DNA of 64,000 nucleotides from an uncultured Fibrobacterota bacterium. GTDB taxonomy: Bacteria; Fibrobacterota; Chitinivibrionia; Chitinivibrionales; FEN-1185. The notes under the pieces are model-generated. The model saw only the letters and a program-made list of their open reading frames with translations, searched no databases and was not told where the DNA came from. Location: positions 64,001 to 128,000 of the forward strand of contig CAVSQB010000016.1 of assembly GCA_963729895.1 (NCBI GenBank). Direction: 5' to 3'. The position numbers were made by a program, and so were the translations under genes. Below, in pieces: positions 46,179 through 54,275 of the stretch; the first letter of the stretch is position 1; each line of letters starts with the position of its first letter.

Positions 46179-46436
46179 ATGATGAGTGTTGACAAAATGC
46201 AATGTCTTGAATGCAGTGAGAACGAACTGTGTCCGTCCGACACACGTGTGTATGTCAACTATTGCGGAAGCATGCCGGACTCGCTCAAAGACGATATTTA
46301 CCGCGCGAAAGTGGAATGTCGTATGCGCCGCCGCCGTTTGAGATATCGCGGACTTCCTGAAGGTTCCCGCATTGCCGCCGGCGCCGCCGCGGTCATGAGC
46401 GGGGCGAACCTGACGGTCGCGCATTGCAGCGTCTGA
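46179..46436 (+). CDS. small Cys-rich hypothetical protein
   Basis: GGAGG RBS; CLEC-x5-C-x10-C and an Arg-rich stretch. Confidence 0.55.
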   Translation: MMSVDKMQCLECSENELCPSDTRVYVNYCGSMPDSLKDDIYRAKVECRMRRRRLRYRGLPEGSRIAAGAAAVMSGANLTVAHCSV

Positions 46437-46466
46437 GCACGACAATTTTGATGCAAGGGGTATAAA

Positions 46467-47030
46467 ATGGAAGCCACGCTTATAGAACGCGATAGAGGCG
46501 CTGATGCCGGGGTTTCTTCGCCTGCGCCACGGGAGGCTGCAGCCAAAGAGACGCTGGAAGAGCCCATGAAGCAGTACATGTATTTTGCATTCAGGCGGAG
46601 CACGCGCGACGCAGAATCGTACGAAACGGCGGCGGCCTTGATTCCCGCAGATGAGCGGCGTGCTTTCTTGACCGAGATGGCCTTAAGAAAACGACAGGAG
46701 GCGGAAAAGCTGTATGCGTACTATCAAGCAGATGCGGTCCGAATGCTGCAAAACCTGAAGAAGCGGAACGCTTTTGCCCTCCCGCATTATCAGGCGCCCC
46801 TGGATCCTGCTCAGATAGCCTCCATAGAGGACACGTACTCGTTTGCGTTCAAGCGTGAGCACAGCAATCTCGAATTATATTCAAAACTTTCCGGGCTCGA
46901 CAGCAATCCGAACACAAAACTCCTGTTCAATTACCTTTGCCATTTGCAAATGAGTCACATCGCCTTTGTGGAAAAAAAGCTCGTTGAGGCCAACGGTCGT
47001 TTCTTTGCAGACTGGAACGGCTCGCTTTAG
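46467..47030 (+). CDS. degenerate ferritin/rubrerythrin-like protein
   Basis: AESYE...RAFLTEMA and AFKRE...ELYSKL...LFNYL...H halves. Confidence 0.62.
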   Translation: MEATLIERDRGADAGVSSPAPREAAAKETLEEPMKQYMYFAFRRSTRDAESYETAAALIPADERRAFLTEMALRKRQEAEKLYAYYQADAVRMLQNLKKRNAFALPHYQAPLDPAQIASIEDTYSFAFKREHSNLELYSKLSGLDSNPNTKLLFNYLCHLQMSHIAFVEKKLVEANGRFFADWNGSL

Positions 47031-47064
47031 CGAACCGCAGCACCGGACGCGAAACCGCTTTCAG

Positions 47065-47083
47065 GGACGGCGGGCCGCCGTCC
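47065..47083. terminator. GC hairpin between convergent genes
   Basis: GGACGGCG-ggc-CGCCGTCC; no strong U tract. Confidence 0.35.
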
Positions 47084-47087
47084 GACC

Positions 47088-48428
47088 TCATGCTTTGGCG
47101 TTTTCGCCTATTTTTGCAAGTTTTCTGTAGAGGGACGAGAGTGAGAGGCCGAGCACTTCGCTGGCCTTGTACTTGTCGCCTTTGCAGTGTTCGAGCACCT
47201 TTAGGATGTGCCCTTTTTCCATCTCATCAAGACTTACGAGCGAGGCGCCGTCGCCGCCGGAAACGTGGGCCGCGGCCTGGAGCCCGAGCCCGGGAAAATG
47301 GGCGGCCGCAAGGTCCTGGCCCCGCGACAGCAGGCACGCTCTCTCCAGCATGTTCCTCAGCTCACGGATATTTCCGGGCCATGCGTAGCCGGTGAGCATG
47401 TGGACAACCTCGGGCGAAAGCGGAAGGTGCGAATAATCAAAACTCTTCAGAAGTTGCTCGCCCAGCCCGGGAATATCTTCCTTCCTTTCCCGTAGCGACG
47501 GCATACGGATAGGAAATACGCAGATGCGGTAATAAAGGTCGTTTCGAAACCTTCCGCTTTCGGTTTCCTTGAGAAGGTCTTTGTTGGTTGCGCAAATAAG
47601 CCGAAAATCGCTCTTCCTCAGTTGGTTCTCACCTATCCGGCGAAACGACCGCTCCTCGATGGTCTTGAGCAATTGCGTCTGCACCTCCATGTCCATGTCG
47701 CCTATCTCGTCCAGAAACAACGTACCGCCGTCGGCAACCTCAATCAGCCCTTCTCTGTCTTTTATCGATGACGTAAACGATCCTTTTACGTGACCGAACA
47801 ATTCGCTTCGAAGGAGCTCCCCCTTCAGGCTCGAACAGTTGAGTTCGACAAACGCCTCCCCTTTCCTTTCGCCGTGGTTGTGGATCCACCGCGCAAGAAC
47901 TCCCTTCCCCGTTCCCGTTTCTCCAAGAATAAGCACCACCGTGTCGTTTGCGGCAGCCACCGATGCATGTTCCAGAATTTCGGAAACGGCATGGCTCGAA
48001 CCAAAATATGGATCTTCTTGCTTCACAAGCCGGTTCTGCACAAGCGCCTGTTTGCGCAGCGACCCGATTTCCAGCGACTTCTCCAGCGAAGCCAATAAAT
48101 CGGCCATATCTACCGGTTTGGTGAGAAAATCCTCCGCCCCGCACTTCGTGGCCTTTACCGCGGTGGGAATGTCCCCGCTCCCCGTTATCACGATCACCGG
48201 AAGCGTCGGATACGCTTTCTTCAGCTCCGGCAGCCATTCCATTGCGTTGCCGTCGGGCAGTTTCAGGTCCAGCATAATCGCGTCGAACCGGTCCGACGAA
48301 ATGGCAGTCTTTGCTTCGCCAAGACTGGGTGTGCTTTTGGTGGCATACCCGTTCTTCGCAAGATAGCGCTCGTAGCCGAACAACGCGGCTTCGTCGTCCT
48401 CAACCAAGAGAAGTTTGTGTTGTCTCAT
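47088..48428 (-). CDS. NtrC/AtoC-family sigma54-dependent response regulator
   Basis: Receiver (VEDD, LDLKLP, TKP), GETGTGKG, ELFGH, LFLDEIG, WPGNIREL and a Fis-type HTH. Confidence 0.93.
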   Translation of the reverse strand: MRQHKLLLVEDDEAALFGYERYLAKNGYATKSTPSLGEAKTAISSDRFDAIMLDLKLPDGNAMEWLPELKKAYPTLPVIVITGSGDIPTAVKATKCGAEDFLTKPVDMADLLASLEKSLEIGSLRKQALVQNRLVKQEDPYFGSSHAVSEILEHASVAAANDTVVLILGETGTGKGVLARWIHNHGERKGEAFVELNCSSLKGELLRSELFGHVKGSFTSSIKDREGLIEVADGGTLFLDEIGDMDMEVQTQLLKTIEERSFRRIGENQLRKSDFRLICATNKDLLKETESGRFRNDLYYRICVFPIRMPSLRERKEDIPGLGEQLLKSFDYSHLPLSPEVVHMLTGYAWPGNIRELRNMLERACLLSRGQDLAAAHFPGLGLQAAAHVSGGDGASLVSLDEMEKGHILKVLEHCKGDKYKASEVLGLSLSSLYRKLAKIGENAKA

Positions 48429-48554
48429 TTGTCCCAACCGGTGAAAAAGTTTTGGGCGCGCACAGGTTTCGCCGCATTCCGAAAAACGGTTCCTGGTATC
48501 GACAAAATACGTCGGGTAGAGGCCTGGTCACAGCGATTTGTACCGCCTTGGCGC

Positions 48555-48569
48555 TGGCACCTTCTTTGC
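48555..48569 (+). promoter_or_regulatory. sigma54 -24/-12 motif
   Basis: TGGCACCTTCTTTGC. Confidence 0.45.
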
Positions 48570-48646
48570 CGCTTATTCCAAATGGTAAGGATACAAAGCC
48601 TGCCGGATAAAGTCGAAACCCGCGGGAAACTTTATCCTCATTGAAA

Positions 48647-48661
48647 GCAAGCTTCGTGCCG
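48647..48661 (-). promoter_or_regulatory. sigma54 -24/-12 motif
   Basis: Minus strand CGGCACGAAGCTTGC upstream of the NtrC-family gene. Confidence 0.55.
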
Positions 48662-48846
48662 CTTGCTGATTTAGTCAAGTATTTGGCTAGCCAAATATGA
48701 AATCAGGCGGCGGCAAAGAGCCTATGTACGGCATGTTTGTGGATGCGAAATCAAAAAAGACTTCCGCTATTTGCAAATCCTTTTGCATAAATGGGAATCA
48801 TCCCAGCTGTACGGTATTGCGCGAACAGTCTCATCGGTTTGCGGAG

Positions 48847-48861
48847 TGGAACGGGAATTGC
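48847..48861 (+). promoter_or_regulatory. sigma54 -24/-12 motif
   Basis: TGGAACGGGAATTGC upstream of 48994. Confidence 0.55.
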
Positions 48862-48993
48862 GTGATGTTATTGGTATCTGATTCCGCGGACGGCCCGAAG
48901 AAGCGCGGGAGGCAGGGAGTTTGCACGGACGACGGCACATGCGGGTCACGCTTTGGTTTTCGACAATTATCACTTATCAAGCAGGAGGCATCT

Positions 48994-49734
48994 ATGAATA
49001 CCGTCGGAAGAATCCTAATAGCTTTCGGCCTTGTGCTGGCCGCAATGGTTCCTCGGGCAAGCGCCATGAACGGCGACACGGCCATGATGAAACCGACACA
49101 CGAATTCAGATATGTAAGCCCGGGTTACTCATGGGCAGACCTGGGAAAGGTCAACGCGTTTCTTAACTCGGAAGGCCTCGCGGGATTTTCCGATCAGGCG
49201 TGGACCATCGCGCTTGGCGGATACAGGGACTACCACAGGTTCATCATGGAAAGCGCGCTTTCGGCGCGTATCTGGGGCAGCAATCTGACCGGCTCGCTTC
49301 GCGTTTCACTGTTTGCCGGTGACCTGACCTGGAACACCGGGTTCAACGTACTGCCTCCGGAATGGTCGACAAGCGTGTACCCCTACCTCGGATTGGGTGT
49401 CGGTTTGAACGACTTGTATTTCCGTGCCAATTCGAGGTCGCTCGGGTCGTTGCTTTCGTCAGTAGATTCCAATTTCTCCGCCTGGGAGCTTACGCCGCTT
49501 CTCAACCTGGGAATCGGTTCTAATTTTCTGCTTCCCAATAAGGACGGCACCAAAGGTCTCGCCATAGGACTCAGGGTAGGATATCTGGTAGACCTTTACA
49601 CGAGCAAACGATGGTATTCCGACGGCATCTATGTCAACAATTTGCCGTCGATTCTGCAGAGCGGTCCCTACATCCGCCTGATTATAGGAGGATGGGGAAG
49701 CCACCACATGCATCACCATCACGACGAAGCCTGA
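48994..49734 (+). CDS. putative outer-membrane beta-barrel protein with His-rich tail
   Basis: AGGAGG RBS, signal peptide, amphipathic strands (YPYLGLGVG, IGLRVGY); ends HHMHHHHDEA. Confidence 0.72.
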   Translation: MNTVGRILIAFGLVLAAMVPRASAMNGDTAMMKPTHEFRYVSPGYSWADLGKVNAFLNSEGLAGFSDQAWTIALGGYRDYHRFIMESALSARIWGSNLTGSLRVSLFAGDLTWNTGFNVLPPEWSTSVYPYLGLGVGLNDLYFRANSRSLGSLLSSVDSNFSAWELTPLLNLGIGSNFLLPNKDGTKGLAIGLRVGYLVDLYTSKRWYSDGIYVNNLPSILQSGPYIRLIIGGWGSHHMHHHHDEA

Positions 49735-49743
49735 GAGGAAAAC

Positions 49744-50607
49744 ATGGGAGAACAGATTCCCATACCATTGAACGGTAGAACGGCGATCGTGACGGGAGCA
49801 AGCTCGGGCATCGGCAAAGTGACCGCGGCGGAGCTTGCCAGGACCGGCGCGCACGTGGTGATGGTATGCCGTCAAGGGGCAAAAGCCGAGGCGGCGCTCA
49901 AAGAGGTGGTAAAAGCATCGGGAAGCGCCTCCGTGGAACTTCTGACCGCGGATCTTTCGAGCCAGGCTTCGATCCGCGAGTGCGCACGCGCATTCCGGAA
50001 TGCGCATGACCGGTTGCACGTTCTGGTCAACAATGCCGGGATATTCTTGCCCGATTACCAGGTGACCATAGACGGGTTTGAGCGCACTTTTGCAACAAAC
50101 CACCTCGCGTATTTTCTGCTCACGAACCTCCTGCTCGACCTGCTCAAGAAAAGCGCGCCGGCGCGCGTCGTGTGCGTCGCGTCGGAAGCCCAACGATGGG
50201 GAAAAATCGATTTTGACGATTTGCAGGGCGGGCGCCGATACAGCGGCATGAAGGCATATTCCCAATCGAAGCTGGCGAACGTCCTCTTCACGTATGAACT
50301 TGCCAGAAGGCTTGAAGGGACGGGCGTCACCGCCAATTGCGTGCACCCGGGCCTGGTGCGCAGCGGCTGGGGGCGCTCGGCCAAGGGCTTGTTCAAGGCA
50401 GGCTTGACTCTGGCTACCCCCTTTATGGTGTCGCCGGAAGAGGGCGCGAAGACATCGGTCTTTGTCGCTCTGTCACCCGAAGTCGAGGGAGTAACCGGGA
50501 AGTACTTCATTAAGTGCAAACCGGCACAATCAATTGACATATCGTATGATGCCGTGCTGGCCGCCAAGCTGTGGGGGACAAGCGAACGCCTCACGGAAAT
50601 CTCCTGA
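49744..50607 (+). CDS. SDR oxidoreductase (retinol dehydrogenase-like)
   Basis: TGASSGIG, NNAG, YSQSK and HPG. Confidence 0.92.
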   Translation: MGEQIPIPLNGRTAIVTGASSGIGKVTAAELARTGAHVVMVCRQGAKAEAALKEVVKASGSASVELLTADLSSQASIRECARAFRNAHDRLHVLVNNAGIFLPDYQVTIDGFERTFATNHLAYFLLTNLLLDLLKKSAPARVVCVASEAQRWGKIDFDDLQGGRRYSGMKAYSQSKLANVLFTYELARRLEGTGVTANCVHPGLVRSGWGRSAKGLFKAGLTLATPFMVSPEEGAKTSVFVALSPEVEGVTGKYFIKCKPAQSIDISYDAVLAAKLWGTSERLTEIS

Positions 50608-50621
50608 ACGCACATCCCCTT

Positions 50622-51533
50622 CTAGTGCTTGAGGACGTTTAAGGCCGTGCGTAGTCCCTGTGCGAGCGCCGTCACTTTTCCTTTTCCCCAGAAATGCACA
50701 AAAATGATCCGCGGGGTTTCTTCAGTCATGTGATTGTGGATGGCAAGGACATATATGTCGGCGGTCCGGAGGGCCACGAGAACGTTTCTGAGTTCGTTTT
50801 CTTCAACGGCAAAATCGCCGTCGGCCATTGCAGAGTCCTGGGTTCCGGCAAACCCGATCCAGGTGCCCACGCCCATGCCTTGTCCCGCCTCGCACCCGCA
50901 GGACATCTTGGTTTTCCTGCCGATAACCGCCTTGAACATGCCATTATTCGATTCCCCGCGAACGCCAAGGATCTTTTCGATTGCGGCCGCGGAAAGCGAG
51001 CTCTTCTGAGGAATGGCCGTACCGCCGAATCCTTTATGGGGCTGAAGCTGCAGAACGCGAATGTCGATCACCTTTTCCATTACGTTCCTGTAGGCGATTG
51101 CAAGGCGCGACGCGCTGTCTTCCCCGTGAATGTGCATGAAAAAGACTTTCGGCTCATCGTAGAAGAAGTGGTTGTGCAATGCCGTCACCTCGAGCCCGTT
51201 CTGCAGCGCGACGCTCATGACCGGATTTACCTCGTCCTGGAGAAGCGCGAAATCACCCATCATCATGACGTGATCCTCGGACAATGCCTTGAATGCGGCC
51301 CAGCTTGACATTCCGAGAAATGGCGGCAGCGCAAACCCGTCCACCGTAACCTTGATATCCGTTTTCGGGCTCGACACCCTGTACACGCCTTCCTCAGCGT
51401 TCCATGTGCCCTGTAGTGCGAGAATGGCATGGATCTTTGCCGTATCCAGCGGAGTGTCCTGCCCTGCGCTTTGCGCAACCGGAATGCCGCACATGAACGC
51501 CGCAAAAAGCAGCTTGGTTCCCCATGGCTTCAT
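50622..51533 (-). CDS. DUF1259/LppY-like exported protein with two repeats
   Basis: Two GDF...ALHNH/AIHNH...P.(V/I).F.H repeats; signal peptide; AAGGAGG RBS before ATG 51533. Confidence 0.85.
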   Translation of the reverse strand: MKPWGTKLLFAAFMCGIPVAQSAGQDTPLDTAKIHAILALQGTWNAEEGVYRVSSPKTDIKVTVDGFALPPFLGMSSWAAFKALSEDHVMMMGDFALLQDEVNPVMSVALQNGLEVTALHNHFFYDEPKVFFMHIHGEDSASRLAIAYRNVMEKVIDIRVLQLQPHKGFGGTAIPQKSSLSAAAIEKILGVRGESNNGMFKAVIGRKTKMSCGCEAGQGMGVGTWIGFAGTQDSAMADGDFAVEENELRNVLVALRTADIYVLAIHNHMTEETPRIIFVHFWGKGKVTALAQGLRTALNVLKH

Positions 51534-51620
51534 CTTTATCCTCCTTAGCGTCTTCCTTTTGTTGTTGCGGGAGTCTTGGGGCGCGGTCCGCCCGCGGCCG
51601 GCCGAGGTTCCAGTCAAAAA

Positions 51621-51636
51621 TGCAATATCCGTGCCA
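51621..51636 (-). promoter_or_regulatory. sigma54 -24/-12 motif
   Basis: Minus strand TGGCACGGATATTGCA, a full consensus match. Confidence 0.72.
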
Positions 51637-51744
51637 TCTGACACTTTGAAGGCAACTGAGCGCCAACGGCGTTGTGCCTTTTTCGTTTTCGCACTGCGGG
51701 CCCTCAAGGCTTGAAAGCCGATTCCCCGGCGTTTGCTCACATGC

Positions 51745-51773
51745 TTGTCAATTACCGAAGCACATTGTATTAT
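51745..51773 (+). promoter_or_regulatory. sigma70-type promoter of glg operon
   Basis: TTGTCA-N17-TATTAT, 70 nt upstream of the start. Confidence 0.45.
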
Positions 51774-51842
51774 TAGTAACGTAAAATTGGAACGCAAAAA
51801 ATCCGGCCCGTACTTTTCCTTTTTCAACCCAGGAATCTCGCC

Positions 51843-53111
51843 ATGCAGAAAACAATTGCAATGATATTCGCAGGCGGACGGGTGGAAGAATTGGCCGCCC
51901 TCACCGAACGGCGCGCCAAGGCCGCCGTCATCTTTGCCGGCGTCTACCGGGCCATCGATTTTGCGCTCACCAACCTCGCGCGCGCCGGGATCGGCCGCGT
52001 CGGCATCCTTGCGCAGTACCGGCCGTCATCGCTTGTCAATCACGTGGGAATCGGCATGGCCTGGGACCTGGTGGGCACCGACAGGGCGGTGCGGTTCCTC
52101 TCGCCCTATATGGGTCTTGACCGAGGCGAATGGTATCGCGGACCCGCCGACGCCCTGTACCAGAACATCGATTTTATCCAGAAAGACCAGCCGGAAGACG
52201 TGCTCATCGTGTCCGGAGACCATGTCTCAAACATGGATTACACCTCGTTCTTGAGCTTCCACAAGGAACGGGCGGCGGATTTTTCCATGGCCTTCAAGCC
52301 CATTGCCGACAGGCCTTCACGATTCGGCATCGGCGAGCTCGCCTCGACGGGACAGATCGTGAACTTTGTTGAAAAACCGGAATTTCCACGGACAAACCTC
52401 GCCTCCATCGGCGTGTACCTGTTTAAGCGCCAGGTGCTGGTGGACGAACTGTTCCGCGCAGTGTCCGGGAAGGAGGAAGTGACCACCTTTCACATTCACG
52501 AAATAGTCCGGCGCCTCATCACGAGACGCTCCGCATACGGATGGACGTTTACCGGGGAATGGCATTACACCCGCACCCTCGACGAATACTACGAGTTCCA
52601 CCAAGGCCTGCTCGGGGCTTCGCCAAAAATCAATTTGACGGAATGGAACATCAGGTCGAACGCCCTGTACCGGCTTCCCGCTCCAGCCCAGTGCCTTCCC
52701 GGCGCGATCGTGGAGAATTCGATGGTCTCCGAAGGGTGCAAAATCGCGGGCACGGTCCGCAACAGCGTGCTATCGCCCGGCGTTACCGTGGAAAAAGACG
52801 CGGTGGTCACCAATTCTGTCCTCTGGGACAACGTGACCGTAAAGGAAGGCGCCGCTCTCGACAAGGTGATCTCGGACAAGCGGTCCGTGTTCGGGCCGCA
52901 GTCGATTGTGGGGTCCGGCAAGACGCAGCCGTCCAGGGAAATGTCCGCGTCCCTCACCTGCGGCGCCACGCTCATCGGCATGGACGTGCGCATCCCGGCC
53001 GGTGCGCGCATCGGAAGGAACTGCATCGTCCATCCGGACGCCGGTGAGGACAGCTTTAAAAAACCCGTGGCGTCCGGAGAGAGCATTTGTCAACGCGTAT
53101 CTGGAAAGTAA
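51843..53111 (+). CDS. glgC: glucose-1-phosphate adenylyltransferase family protein (atypical, GlgC/GlgD-like)
   Basis: RAKAAV.FAG.YR.IDF, ADALYQN, SGDH, FVEKP, ASIGVY and a C-terminal left-handed beta helix. Confidence 0.82.
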   Translation: MQKTIAMIFAGGRVEELAALTERRAKAAVIFAGVYRAIDFALTNLARAGIGRVGILAQYRPSSLVNHVGIGMAWDLVGTDRAVRFLSPYMGLDRGEWYRGPADALYQNIDFIQKDQPEDVLIVSGDHVSNMDYTSFLSFHKERAADFSMAFKPIADRPSRFGIGELASTGQIVNFVEKPEFPRTNLASIGVYLFKRQVLVDELFRAVSGKEEVTTFHIHEIVRRLITRRSAYGWTFTGEWHYTRTLDEYYEFHQGLLGASPKINLTEWNIRSNALYRLPAPAQCLPGAIVENSMVSEGCKIAGTVRNSVLSPGVTVEKDAVVTNSVLWDNVTVKEGAALDKVISDKRSVFGPQSIVGSGKTQPSREMSASLTCGATLIGMDVRIPAGARIGRNCIVHPDAGEDSFKKPVASGESICQRVSGK

Positions 53112-53120
53112 GGACGCATC

Positions 53121-54275
53121 GTGAAGGTCACCTACTTTACAAGAGAGTATCCCCCGTACGTCTACGGCGGCGCCGGAGTGCATATCAAGAATCTGGCGTC
53201 GTCCATCTCGCGCTACCTGGACGTGGAGGTCCGCTGCGTAGGCGACCAGGCTGCCGACAACGGCCGGTTGAAGGTTAAAGGCTATCAGGCCTGGAACCGC
53301 ATGTGGGAGGGAAATAATCCGCTGTTCAACAGCGCCCTGGGCACGTTTTCCACCAACCTTTCCATGATACGCGATCCCATCGACGCCGATATCGTCCATT
53401 CGCACACCTGGTACGGCGCGCTGGCCGGATACATGGCAAAAGTGCTGTACAACATTCCCTATGTGGTCACCGTCCACAGCCTTGAACCGCTGAGGCCCTG
53501 GAAAGAGGAACAGCTCGGCCGCTCCTATCATCTCACGACCTGGGTCGAAAAGACCGCCCTCGAAAGTGCGGACCGCATTGTTGCCGTGTCGAACCACGCG
53601 CGCAGCGAGATCCTCGAACATTTTTCGGTAGACCCGAAGAACGTGGCGGTAATCCATAACGGAATCGACCTGGACACCTGGCGCCCGACGCCGGCAAGAG
53701 ATACGCTTCGCGCCTTTGAAATTTCCGGCGACTATCTGTTGTTCCTGGGCCGCACGAGCCGCCAGAAAGGAATGGTCCACCTCCTTGACGCAATGGAATA
53801 TGTGGATCCCGGCGTACGCCTGGTGTGCTGCACCTCCGCACCCGATACGCCGGAAGTGGAAAAGGAAATTGCCGCCAAGGTCGCCAAACAGAAGCGGGTA
53901 ATCTGGATAAACACGATGCTCCGTGAAGACCAGGCAATGGAGCTTTACACAAACGCCCGTGTGTTCGTGTGTCCTTCGGTTTACGAGCCGTTCGGCATCA
54001 TCAACCTCGAAGCAATGGCGTGCGAGACGCCCGTGGTCGCCAGCGCGGTGGGCGGCATTCAGGAAGTTGTGGTGCCGGGCGAAACCGGCCTGCTCGTGCC
54101 GCCTGCGGACCCGCGCGCCCTCGCGGAGGCGATAAACAAGCTCCTGAGGGACAAGAGCCTTGCAAGAAAGATGGGCAAGGCCGGCAGGCAGCGCGCTGAG
54201 AACTATTTTTCCTGGTCTTCCATTGCGAAAGAAACCAAGGACATGTACGCAAAGGTCATCAAAGAACGATTATGA
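53121..54275 (+). CDS. glgA: actinobacterial-type GlgA/GlgM GT4 (alpha-maltose-1-phosphate synthase-like)
   Basis: TREYPP.VYGGAGVH, HSHTWY, HSLEPLRPWKEEQLG and EPFGIINLEAMAC. Confidence 0.88.
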   Translation: MKVTYFTREYPPYVYGGAGVHIKNLASSISRYLDVEVRCVGDQAADNGRLKVKGYQAWNRMWEGNNPLFNSALGTFSTNLSMIRDPIDADIVHSHTWYGALAGYMAKVLYNIPYVVTVHSLEPLRPWKEEQLGRSYHLTTWVEKTALESADRIVAVSNHARSEILEHFSVDPKNVAVIHNGIDLDTWRPTPARDTLRAFEISGDYLLFLGRTSRQKGMVHLLDAMEYVDPGVRLVCCTSAPDTPEVEKEIAAKVAKQKRVIWINTMLREDQAMELYTNARVFVCPSVYEPFGIINLEAMACETPVVASAVGGIQEVVVPGETGLLVPPADPRALAEAINKLLRDKSLARKMGKAGRQRAENYFSWSSIAKETKDMYAKVIKERL

